Shown: piece after piece, positions 17,896-26,448 of the stretch
Layout: the number at the start of each line of letters is the position of its first letter
Position numbering within the stretch: the first letter of the stretch is position 1
Source of the DNA: Anseongella sp.
GTDB taxonomy: Bacteria > Bacteroidota > Bacteroidia > Sphingobacteriales > Sphingobacteriaceae
DNA: 36,670 bases
Direction of reading: 5' to 3'
NCBI GenBank assembly: GCA_036570465.1
Contig: DATCYD010000333.1
Span: 1 to 36,670, forward strand
Program-made: the position numbers and the translations under genes
The notes under the pieces: model-generated
Seen by the model: the letters and a program-made list of their open reading frames with translations, nothing else
The model's database searches: none
What the model was told of the DNA's origin: nothing

Positions 17896-19443
17896 GTGGT
17901 GAAGGAATTATTGATCAATGGTACGCCATCAGGTGTAACCATTGCCTTGCTCAAGAACAAACAACTTAGTGAGCTTCACCAGGAGCAGGGTACGAACAAT
18001 TATGTGGTAGGTGATATTTATCTGGGGCGGATCAAAAAGATCATGCCCGGGTTAAATGCTGCGTTTGTTGACGTGGGTTATGAACGGGATGCTTTTTTGC
18101 ATTACCTGGATCTTGGCCCGCAGGTACGATCTCTGCTTCGGGTCGCTAAAGATATCCGGAACGGCAGGAAATACAATCTGCTGAATAATTTCAAGCCGGA
18201 AGAGGATATTAATAAAGGCGGAAAGATCACCGAGGTGCTGAGCAAGAATCAGCTCATTCCCGTACAGATTGCCAAGGAACCTATTTCCAACAAAGGACCG
18301 CGACTGAGTTCTGACATTTCCCTGGCGGGCCGGTACCTGGTATTGGTACCGTTCTCCAATGTGATCTCCCTGTCAAAGAAGATCAAGGGAAACGCCGAAC
18401 GTACCCGCCTGCGGAAACTGGTAGAGAATATCCGTCCCCGTAATTTTGGTGTTATCATCCGCACGGTTTCCGAAGGGGTTAGCGTGGCCGAACTGCACAA
18501 CGATCTGAAAGAACTGATCGAAAAGTGGGAAGCCTTTGCAGTCCGTCTGAAAGTAACCGAACCATCCAAGAAGATCGTTGGAGAGATAGACCGTACATCA
18601 AGCATTCTGAGGGATATTCTTAATCCTGACTTTCAGAACATCTATGTAAATGATCCGCATATTTTCTCGGACGTCAGCGCCTATATAAAAAACATAGCGC
18701 CTTCCCAGGAGAAGATCGTCAAGTTGTATAAGGGGAAAGCCACTTTGTTCGAGAATTTCGGCATCGATAAGCAGATCAAAGCGCTATTCGGGCGAACGGT
18801 AAACATGCAGGGCGGCGCCTATCTCATCATTGAGCATACCGAGGCCATGCATGTGATCGACGTGAACAGCGGCAACCGGACCAACAGTCAGATCAATCAG
18901 GAAGATAATGCGCTGCAGGTGAATGTGGAAGCCGCCCGGGAAATTGCCCGGCAGCTCCGGCTTCGCGACATGGGCGGCATTATCGTGATCGATTTCATCG
19001 ACATGCATAAAGCGGTAAACCGAAAGCAGCTGTACAATTCACTCCGTGATGAAATGAAGGACGACCGGGCCAAGCATACGATCCTTCCGCCCAGTAAGTT
19101 CGGCCTGGTGCAGATCACCCGTCAGCGGGTACGCCCTGAGATGAATATCGTCACGGTGGAACAATGTCCTACCTGCGGGGGTACCGGCGAGGTGAAAGCC
19201 AGCATTCTGCTGATGGACGACATAGAGAACAACCTGGAATATATTCTCAAGGAACAGAACGAGCGTAATATCACCCTCTGTGTTCATCCGTATATCGAAG
19301 CCTTCCTGAAAAAGGGCATGGTTTCCAGGCAGGTCAAATGGTACCTGCGGTACAAGAAGTGGATCCGTATCAAAGCTGTTTCTTCCTATCATCTGACCGA
19401 GTATCATTTCTATTCGGACCGCGACGAAGAGATCAAGATTTGA
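17896..19443 (+). CDS. rng: Ribonuclease E/G family
   Basis: S1 domain VGDIYLG...PGLNAAFVDVG, TEAMHVIDVNSG, QLRLRDMGGIIVIDFIDM, CPTCGGTG. Confidence 0.95.
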   Translation: MVKELLINGTPSGVTIALLKNKQLSELHQEQGTNNYVVGDIYLGRIKKIMPGLNAAFVDVGYERDAFLHYLDLGPQVRSLLRVAKDIRNGRKYNLLNNFKPEEDINKGGKITEVLSKNQLIPVQIAKEPISNKGPRLSSDISLAGRYLVLVPFSNVISLSKKIKGNAERTRLRKLVENIRPRNFGVIIRTVSEGVSVAELHNDLKELIEKWEAFAVRLKVTEPSKKIVGEIDRTSSILRDILNPDFQNIYVNDPHIFSDVSAYIKNIAPSQEKIVKLYKGKATLFENFGIDKQIKALFGRTVNMQGGAYLIIEHTEAMHVIDVNSGNRTNSQINQEDNALQVNVEAAREIARQLRLRDMGGIIVIDFIDMHKAVNRKQLYNSLRDEMKDDRAKHTILPPSKFGLVQITRQRVRPEMNIVTVEQCPTCGGTGEVKASILLMDDIENNLEYILKEQNERNITLCVHPYIEAFLKKGMVSRQVKWYLRYKKWIRIKAVSSYHLTEYHFYSDRDEEIKI

Positions 19444-19459
19444 CGAAAAGATCAAGATT
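19423..19459. repeat. Tandem near-duplicate of the rng 3' end (17/18 identity)
   Basis: GACGAAGAGATCAAGATT (19423-19440) and GACGAAAAGATCAAGATT (19442-19459). Confidence 0.85.
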
Positions 19460-19522
19460 AATGGGGTGATTACCTGATTTGTTTAGCCGGTAATCTCCAC
19501 ACTTGTCCCTATATTAGGAGTA

Positions 19523-19744
19523 ATGAACTGGCTCACGAACATTGTACAGATCCTGGTCGTTATCATCATCATGCTGATCCCGTATTTTATCTGGACATTT
19601 ATCAGGCGTTCAGTGAGGGATTACATGGAGTTGAAGGAAGAAGAGCTGGAATTGCAGCGCGAGAACAATGGTCTGCTGCGTAAACTCAATGGTCTTCCTC
19701 CCAGGGATGCTGAAGAAAACCAGGAAGAGGAGCAGGATGGCTAA
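19523..19744 (+). CDS. Hypothetical small membrane protein (73 aa)
   Basis: One hydrophobic helix then an acidic coiled-coil-like tail; fills the gap and overlaps the radA start by 8 nt. Confidence 0.7.
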   Translation: MNWLTNIVQILVVIIIMLIPYFIWTFIRRSVRDYMELKEEELELQRENNGLLRKLNGLPPRDAEENQEEEQDG

Positions 19745-21161
19745 AACAAAAAGTGCATGGTTTTGTCAGAGCTGCGGTTATGAATCTGCCAAATGGCTGG
19801 GAAAATGCCCGTCATGCAATTCCTGGAATAGTTTTGCCGAAGAAGTAACCGTCAAAGGAGGAAGTCAGTCCCCAGGCAGCCCCGGCAGCCGTCAGGGTAG
19901 CCCCGGCCGGATCAATCAGCCCGTCCGGATCAGTGAGATCGAATTTTCACCTGAATACCGGATCCGTACCGGCGACACGGAGTTTGATCGCGTCCTGGGG
20001 GGAGGCATTGTACCCGGGTCTCTTGTATTGCTGGGAGGGGAACCCGGGATCGGGAAATCGACCCTGATGCTGCAGGTAGCCATGCAGTTACCGCTAAAGG
20101 TACTTTATGTTTCAGGAGAAGAAAGCGCGCAGCAGATCAAGCTTCGGGCAAACCGGCTGAAGCCGGCTGAAACGACCGGCCAGGAACCCTCAGTCACAAC
20201 AGATAACGTTCCTATCAGGGACGATGCGTTTATTCTTACTGAGACTTCTACTCAGCATATTCTGAAACAGGCCGAGCTACTGGAACCTCAGCTGGTAATC
20301 ATCGATTCAGTTCAAACCCTTTACTCGGCACACATTGATTCTACCCCCGGTAGCGTCTCCCAGGTCCGGGAATGTACTGCGGAATTGCTTCGCTTCGCAA
20401 AAGAGAGCCACGTTCCCGTATTCATGATCGGCCATATCACCAAGGACGGCCTGATTGCCGGCCCTAAGATCCTGGAACACATGGTGGATACCGTCCTTCA
20501 ATTCGAAGGAGACCGGCATCATACCTATCGCATCCTTCGTGCCATCAAAAACCGTTTTGGAGCAGCTGCCGAACTTGGGGTGTACCAGATGCAGGGAAAT
20601 GGCATGCGTGGAGTGAAGAACCCTTCAGAAGTATTACTTTCCCAACGGGATGAAGCCTTGAGTGGTGTAGCCGTTTCTGTCACCATGGAAGGCATCCGGC
20701 CCATGCTGATCGAAACCCAGGCACTGGTAAGTCCCTCTGTATATGGGACCCCACAGCGTAGCGCCACCGGTTTTGACAGCCGGCGAATGAATATGCTGCT
20801 GGCAGTGCTTGAAAAACGCTGTGGTTTCCGTCTGGGTATGAAAGACGTCTTTCTAAACATCACCGGCGGAATCCGGATCGATGACCCGGCCATCGACCTG
20901 GGCCTGGTCTGCTCCATCATTTCATCCCACGAGGATATTCCATTATCGCCTCACTGTTGCTTTGCCGCAGAAGTGGGCCTTTCGGGAGAGATCAGGGCCG
21001 TGAACCGGGTAGAACAACGCATTGCCGAAGCGGAAAAGCTTGGCTTTGAAACCCTGTATATTTCCCGGTACAATCATAAAGAGTTAAATTTATCCCGTTA
21101 TCAGATCGAAGTTGTTTCGGTAGGGAAGATCGAGGAAGTGATCGGGGCATTGTTTGGATAA
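19737..21161 (+). CDS. radA: DNA repair protein RadA/Sms
   Basis: Zn finger CQSCG...KCPSC, GEPGIGKST, KNRFG motif, Lon-like C-domain. ATG at 19737 (MAKTK). Confidence 0.98.
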   Translation: MAKTKSAWFCQSCGYESAKWLGKCPSCNSWNSFAEEVTVKGGSQSPGSPGSRQGSPGRINQPVRISEIEFSPEYRIRTGDTEFDRVLGGGIVPGSLVLLGGEPGIGKSTLMLQVAMQLPLKVLYVSGEESAQQIKLRANRLKPAETTGQEPSVTTDNVPIRDDAFILTETSTQHILKQAELLEPQLVIIDSVQTLYSAHIDSTPGSVSQVRECTAELLRFAKESHVPVFMIGHITKDGLIAGPKILEHMVDTVLQFEGDRHHTYRILRAIKNRFGAAAELGVYQMQGNGMRGVKNPSEVLLSQRDEALSGVAVSVTMEGIRPMLIETQALVSPSVYGTPQRSATGFDSRRMNMLLAVLEKRCGFRLGMKDVFLNITGGIRIDDPAIDLGLVCSIISSHEDIPLSPHCCFAAEVGLSGEIRAVNRVEQRIAEAEKLGFETLYISRYNHKELNLSRYQIEVVSVGKIEEVIGALFG

Positions 21162-21163
21162 GT

Positions 21164-21264
21164 CCGGCGGGCATGGTCTGCGTTCGCTAAGCTGATCGCG
21201 GGTCCCGCAAAGCTGGCGCTTTGCCCCACGATCAAAATCGCTCGGCGCAGACCATGCCCGCCGG
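21164..21264. repeat. 101-bp nested palindrome (REP/MITE-like element)
   Basis: Perfect 19-bp outer inverted repeat CCGGCGGGCATGGTCTGCG (21164-21182 / 21246-21264); inner arms TGATCGCGGG/CCCACGATCA and GCAAAGC-TGGC-GCTTTGC. Confidence 0.85.
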
Positions 21265-21283
21265 CCGGAGTTAACCGCTTTCG

Positions 21284-21763
21284 ATGGATGTATTTCTTGT
21301 TATACTTGCGGCTGTGGCCATTTTAACGGGGATCCTGGGAAGTTTTCTGCCTGTGTTGCCGGGGCCTCCTATTGCCTGGGTAGGACTGTTACTGCTTCAC
21401 TATTCGGACTTCGCTGAATTCAGCCAGCGGTTCCTGATTATTACGGCTATAATTACCATCGTCGTGGTGGCGCTGGATTACCTGGTACCGGCATGGGGTA
21501 CCAAAAAATACGGCGGTTCAAAAACCGGGCAGTACGGGGCAATGATTGGCATGGCCATCGGGTTGTTCGCCGGCCCCATCGGGATTATTATCGGGCCTTT
21601 CGCGGGCGCCTACATCGGCGAGCTCATTCATGATTCGACGGATCAGGCACGCGCCCTCCGCGCAGCCTGGGGTTCCTTCGTCGGCTTTCTGGTTGGCACC
21701 GGCATCAAGGTGATACTTTGCCTGGTTTTTGCGTGGTTCTACGTAGAAGCGTTGCTTTTCTGA
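21284..21763 (+). CDS. DUF456-family membrane protein
   Basis: GSFLPVLPGPP, GTKKYGGSK, GPFAGAYIGE pattern. Confidence 0.88.
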   Translation: MDVFLVILAAVAILTGILGSFLPVLPGPPIAWVGLLLLHYSDFAEFSQRFLIITAIITIVVVALDYLVPAWGTKKYGGSKTGQYGAMIGMAIGLFAGPIGIIIGPFAGAYIGELIHDSTDQARALRAAWGSFVGFLVGTGIKVILCLVFAWFYVEALLF

Positions 21764-21768
21764 ACGAT

Positions 21769-22146
21769 TTACTCAAACATGCCTTCATCCCGGATGAGCA
21801 GCAGAATGGCCGAATGCGGTACAATGATGTACTTTTCACCGTTGAAGATGATCTCGAAACCACTTTTGGGCAGGTAAATGGCCAGATCGCCTTCGCGGGG
21901 CTGCAGCGGAAGATATTTCACTTCGCTTTTATTCAGATAGGGGTCGTCTTCACTCAGATTTGGAATAGGGTAACCCGGACCTACCTTCAGCACATATCCA
22001 CTATGAACAGGTTCATTCTCATGAACGCCGGGGGGCAAAAACAGTCCTGACTTCGTTTTCTCACTGGGCGACTTCGGCTTTATCAGCACTTTATCACCCA
22101 CCACAGTCATTTTATTCAGATCTTTCTGATCGATATCCAGTGTCAT
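21769..22146 (-). CDS. GroES-family (Cpn10-like) protein
   Basis: GDKVLIKP, KTKSGLFLP, GYVLKVGPG, GDLAIY; no groEL adjacent. Confidence 0.88.
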   Translation of the reverse strand: MTLDIDQKDLNKMTVVGDKVLIKPKSPSEKTKSGLFLPPGVHENEPVHSGYVLKVGPGYPIPNLSEDDPYLNKSEVKYLPLQPREGDLAIYLPKSGFEIIFNGEKYIIVPHSAILLLIRDEGMFE

Positions 22147-22148
22147 GG

Positions 22149-25013
22149 TTACTTACTAAGGTACATTGATTTTTCCTTGTATAAATGGCGGAAGAATGGA
22201 TCATCCAGGTCGCGGATGAAGCGGATTGCTTCGCCGGTGGATTTCATTTCCGGCCCCAGCTCTTTGTTCACTTCGGGGAATTTATCAAAAGAAAATACAG
22301 GTTCCTTAATCGCATAACCTTCCAGCTTGCGGTCAATTGTGAAGTCTTTCAATTTGTTGGCTCCGAGCATCACTTTGGTGGCAATATTGATGAACGGCAC
22401 ATCGTATGCCTTTGCGATAAACGGTACGGTCCGCGAAGCACGGGGGTTGGCTTCGATCACGTACACTTTTTCATTCTTAATGGCAAACTGTATATTCAGC
22501 AGTCCGCGTACATTCAGTGCAAAGGCCAGCTTGCGCGTGTATTCTTCCATCTGACGTACAACGTTCTCTGATAGTTCAAAGGGAGGCAATACTGCGCTCG
22601 AATCTCCCGAATGGATACCGGCCGGTTCAATATGCTCCATCAGGCCGATGATGCAAACGTCTTCCCCGTCGCAGATGGCGTCCGACTCGGCTTCTTCGGC
22701 CCGATCCAGGAAATGGTCGATCAGAATGCGGTTCCCGGGGATACTCTTCAGCAGGTTAACAACTGCCCGTTCCAGTTCCTCATCGTTGATGACGATGCTC
22801 ATTCCCTGTCCGCCAAGAACATAACTGGGGCGAACAAGTACGGGATAGCCCACCTGTGCCGCTACTTCCAGGGCTTCCTCTGCGTTGTCGGCAACGCCGT
22901 ACTTCGGATATGGAATATCGAGCTCTTTCAACAAGTCAGAAAAATGTCCCCGGTCTTCGGCTAAATCCATGTTCTTATAGGATGTGCCAATGATACGGAT
23001 TCCTTTCTCATCCAGCTTTTCAGCCATCTTAAGCGCTGTCTGGCCTCCCAGCTGCACAATTACCCCTTCTGGTTTTTCCAGGTCAATGATCTCGCGGACA
23101 TGCTCCCAGAATACCGGCTCGAAATACAGTTTGTCTGCCATGTTGAAATCCGTGGAGACCGTTTCCGGATTGCAATTGATCATGATGGACTCATATCCGG
23201 ATTCTTTGGCTGCGATCAATCCGTGCACGCAGGAATAATCGAATTCAATGCCCTGGCCAATCCGGTTGGGGCCGGAGCCAAGGACAATTACTTTCTTTTG
23301 GTCGCTTACAATGGATTCATTGACAGGGTTGCTTTCCCCTCCGTTGACCGAGGCCCCTTCGAAGGTTGAATAGAAATAAGGTGTCTGAGCCGGGAATTCA
23401 GCCGCACAGGTATCCACCATTTTATAAGCTCTCCGGATGCCCAACGATATGCGGTATTCATAGACCTCGTCTTCAGTACATTTCAGCATCCAGGCAATCT
23501 GCGCATCGGAAAATCCCTTTTCCTTAGCCTGCATCAATAATTCTTTCGGCAGGTTATGGATATCAAACCGTTTTATCCCTCCTTCCAGCACTACCAGCTC
23601 GTTGATTTGCATGAGGAACCAGCGGTCAATGCGGGTTGCCTTTTGAATAGAGGTAATGGGAACGCCCAGGGAAAGTGCATCCCAGATATGGAATAACCGG
23701 TCCCAGGAAGGGTTTTCCAGGCTTTCCATTATCTTTTCCAGGTTTCGCTCCTGGCGGCCGTCTGCTCCCAGGCCCAGGCGGTTTATTTCCAGAGACTGGC
23801 AAGCCTTCTGCAAGGCTTCATTGAAGCTTCGGCCAATGCCCATGACCTCGCCCACCGATTTCATCTGCAATCCCAGATGGCGATTAGCGCCAGGGAACTT
23901 ATCAAAGTTCCAGCGGGGTATCTTTACGATCACGTAATCCAGGGTGGGCTCAAAGTAGGCTGATGTAGTTTTAGTGATCTGGTTCTCCAGTTCGTCCAGA
24001 TTATAGCCAATGGCCAGTTTGGCCGCGATCTTGGCAATGGGATAACCGGTTGCTTTGGAGGCCAGTGCCGAAGATCGGGAAACCCTGGGATTAATCTCAA
24101 TAGCAATCAGTCTTTCTGTTTCAGGATCTTGTGCGAACTGCACATTACACCCACCGGCGAAGTTTCCGATAGCCCGCATCATTTTAATGGCCTGATTGCG
24201 CATATCCTGATATGCCCTGTCAGAGAGGGTCATGGCGGGGGCCACCGTAATAGAATCCCCGGTATGTATGCCCATCGGGTCGAAGTTCTCGATAGAGCAG
24301 ATGATAATCACATTGTCGTTATTGTCGCGCAGCAGCTCGAGTTCGAATTCCTTCCAGCCCAACACAGCCTGCTCTACCAATACTTCATGACTGGGCGACG
24401 CCTGCAAGCCCCGGTTCAGGGCGGCATCAAATTCTTCTTTCTTATGGACGAATCCGCCACCACTCCCTCCAAGGGTATAGGATGGACGTATTACCAGCGG
24501 AAAACCGATATCCTGAGCCGCTTCTTTCCCTTCCAGGAAGGAGTTGGCAATCTTTGATTTTGCCACTCCGATGCCGATGTCAACCATCAGTTGGCGGAAA
24601 GCTTCCCGGTTCTCGGTACGTTCGATGGCATCGACATCTACGCCAATCACCCTGACGCCGTACCGTTCCCAGATCCCCCGTTCTTCCGCTTCCTTGCAAA
24701 GGTTCAGAGCTGTCTGACCGCCCATGGTGGGCAAAACAGCGTCTATTTGCTTCATGCCCGGCGTATCTCGATGCAGTTCCAGTATCTCCGCTATGGAATC
24801 GGTGGTCAGCGGCCGCAGATATATATGATCGGCGATCACCTTGTCTGTCATGATGGTAGCCGGGTTGGAATTGATAATGGCTACCTCTATTCCTTCTTCT
24901 TTCAGGGACAGCGATGCCTGGGATCCTGAATAATCAAATTCACATGCTTGCCCGATGACTATAGGTCCTGAACCGATAATTAAAACTGATCGAATACTTT
25001 CGTTTCTTGGCAT
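22149..25013 (-). CDS. carB: Carbamoyl-phosphate synthase large subunit
   Basis: IIGSGPIVIGQACEFDYSG, two ATP-grasp halves (IEINPRVSRSS, LGSGPNRIGQGIEFDY, EANPRASRT), LGPEMKSTGE. ATG at 25013 (MPRNESI). Confidence 0.98.
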   Translation of the reverse strand: MPRNESIRSVLIIGSGPIVIGQACEFDYSGSQASLSLKEEGIEVAIINSNPATIMTDKVIADHIYLRPLTTDSIAEILELHRDTPGMKQIDAVLPTMGGQTALNLCKEAEERGIWERYGVRVIGVDVDAIERTENREAFRQLMVDIGIGVAKSKIANSFLEGKEAAQDIGFPLVIRPSYTLGGSGGGFVHKKEEFDAALNRGLQASPSHEVLVEQAVLGWKEFELELLRDNNDNVIIICSIENFDPMGIHTGDSITVAPAMTLSDRAYQDMRNQAIKMMRAIGNFAGGCNVQFAQDPETERLIAIEINPRVSRSSALASKATGYPIAKIAAKLAIGYNLDELENQITKTTSAYFEPTLDYVIVKIPRWNFDKFPGANRHLGLQMKSVGEVMGIGRSFNEALQKACQSLEINRLGLGADGRQERNLEKIMESLENPSWDRLFHIWDALSLGVPITSIQKATRIDRWFLMQINELVVLEGGIKRFDIHNLPKELLMQAKEKGFSDAQIAWMLKCTEDEVYEYRISLGIRRAYKMVDTCAAEFPAQTPYFYSTFEGASVNGGESNPVNESIVSDQKKVIVLGSGPNRIGQGIEFDYSCVHGLIAAKESGYESIMINCNPETVSTDFNMADKLYFEPVFWEHVREIIDLEKPEGVIVQLGGQTALKMAEKLDEKGIRIIGTSYKNMDLAEDRGHFSDLLKELDIPYPKYGVADNAEEALEVAAQVGYPVLVRPSYVLGGQGMSIVINDEELERAVVNLLKSIPGNRILIDHFLDRAEEAESDAICDGEDVCIIGLMEHIEPAGIHSGDSSAVLPPFELSENVVRQMEEYTRKLAFALNVRGLLNIQFAIKNEKVYVIEANPRASRTVPFIAKAYDVPFINIATKVMLGANKLKDFTIDRKLEGYAIKEPVFSFDKFPEVNKELGPEMKSTGEAIRFIRDLDDPFFRHLYKEKSMYLSK

Positions 25014-25093
25014 TTGAGGTGGGAGTTTTTTGTGTTCCAAAAATTGTGCAAAAATATTAAATTTTCACGGAATATATATATTTACGGAGATAT

Positions 25094-25630
25094 ATGTTTA
25101 AAGTCGCTATCATCGGCCCCGAATCAACGGGGAAGTCAACCCTGGCCCTGGCCCTGGCCAGGCATTTTAATACCGTTTGGGTGCCGGAATACGCCCGGTA
25201 TTATTGCACCTATTTAAAGGACGATCCGGTGCTCCAGGATGAAATAAATATGTTTTACGGCCAGATCGCACTCGAGGAAAGTCTCGTGCCATTGGCGGGT
25301 CAACTGATTATTTGTGATGTTACCATCCTGAATGTCAAGGTTTTTTGCGAGGAAATCTTTGGCGAATGCCCTGATTTTATCAAAGAAGAAGTAAAGAACC
25401 GGCATTATGACCTTTACTTATTGACAAACATCGATAACCCCTGGGAAGATGATCCGCTTCGGGGTTTTCCACATAAGAGGCCTTATTTTTTCGAACGCTA
25501 CCGCGACGAGCTGGAAAAACTGAACGCTGTTTACCGGGTGGTTTCCGGTTTGGGTGAGGCCCGTATTCAGAACGCAGTAAAAGCCATCGGTGACGTGTGG
25601 AATGAGCATAAAAAAAGCGCCCGGCCATAA
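25094..25630 (+). CDS. NadR-type P-loop kinase/ATPase (AAA_28)
   Basis: IIGPESTGKSTLA, VPEYAR, YDLYLL...PWEDDPLR. Confidence 0.88.
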   Translation: MFKVAIIGPESTGKSTLALALARHFNTVWVPEYARYYCTYLKDDPVLQDEINMFYGQIALEESLVPLAGQLIICDVTILNVKVFCEEIFGECPDFIKEEVKNRHYDLYLLTNIDNPWEDDPLRGFPHKRPYFFERYRDELEKLNAVYRVVSGLGEARIQNAVKAIGDVWNEHKKSARP

Positions 25631-25654
25631 AGACCTGGGCGCTATTTTTATGCT
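25605..25654. terminator. Bidirectional intrinsic terminator
   Basis: AGCATAAAAAAAGCGCCCGG ... CTGGGCGCTATTTTTATGCT inverted repeat with A/T tracts on both sides, between convergent genes. Confidence 0.8.
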
Positions 25655-25664
25655 GAGGAAATTA

Positions 25665-26015
25665 TCAGAATCCTCCCGCGTCAGAATCGATCGCGGCTTC
25701 AGAAAGTTGAACCTCGCCAACATCTGTCGCTTGTCCGTCCTGAACGGTGACCGTTAATGTGGTATCGACATAGGGATCGGCCCCGTCGATCGTTACCACA
25801 TAATCTCCTGCAGGAACACCTGTGATCTCAAAAGCACCTGTGGTGGCATCTGCCGCCGCTTTCAAGGTATCGGAACCTGCAACGGTCCATACAACTGCAG
25901 AAGCTTCAACCGGTGTAACACTACCGGAAATAGAACCTTCCTGAGCTACTGTAAATGCCATCAAACCACCGGCCACTCCGGCCAACAGTAAGTACTTTAA
26001 ACTTGATTTTCTCAT
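25665..26015 (-). CDS. Small secreted protein with carboxypeptidase-regulatory-like (beta-sandwich) domain
   Basis: Signal peptide, GSISGSVTP, TGAFEITGVPAGDYVVTI, VTVQDGQATDVGEVQL. Confidence 0.8.
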   Translation of the reverse strand: MRKSSLKYLLLAGVAGGLMAFTVAQEGSISGSVTPVEASAVVWTVAGSDTLKAAADATTGAFEITGVPAGDYVVTIDGADPYVDTTLTVTVQDGQATDVGEVQLSEAAIDSDAGGF

Positions 26016-26264
26016 AACTTAATAGAAATTAATTTAAATGGTTAACACAATGTGAAGTAAAAGTACATCCTGACATGCTTGATATTTTTTATGACCGTAT
26101 TTCGTATTTGCATCAGGAAGATTGCAAGTGTCGTTCCAGAATGCCAAATATAACCTTGCGAGGTTATATCTATTCTGTTTTATCTCTATTTCCCGTAAAA
26201 CGGTCGTCACAACGCTTCCCCTTAAATGGTGGTGCCTCTACAATGTGTCAGCAAAGCACCACAA

Positions 26265-26296
26265 TTTGCAATTACCTTTTATTCGCTGTAGATTTG
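26265..26296 (+). promoter_or_regulatory. Bacteroidota primary-sigma promoter (-33 TTTG / -7 TAnnTTTG)
   Basis: TTTG at 26265-26268, 20-nt spacer, TAGATTTG at 26289-26296, directly before the riboswitch. Confidence 0.75.
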
Positions 26297-26304
26297 GGCT
26301 TTTA

Positions 26305-26418
26305 TTCACAAGGGGTGCCCTTACGGGCTGAGATCATACCCATTGCCTGCAGGCTGAACTTTTAAAGGCATGCAGACAGAAACCTGATCCGGGTAATGCC
26401 GGCGTAGGGATAGGTGAG
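26305..26418 (+). ncRNA. TPP riboswitch (THI element)
   Basis: GGGGTGC-CCTTACGGG-CTGAGATCATACCC ... AACCTGATCCGGGTAATGCCGGCGTAGGGA, upstream of the receptor and thiE-like gene. Confidence 0.95.
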
Positions 26419-26448
26419 AAATCGACCCTGTTAAATTATTCTTGAAAA

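Noticed and set aside
26075-26365. 96-aa and 69-aa ORFs upstream of the thiamine receptor
   Set aside because: They run across the promoter and into the TPP aptamer, and have no protein-like features.
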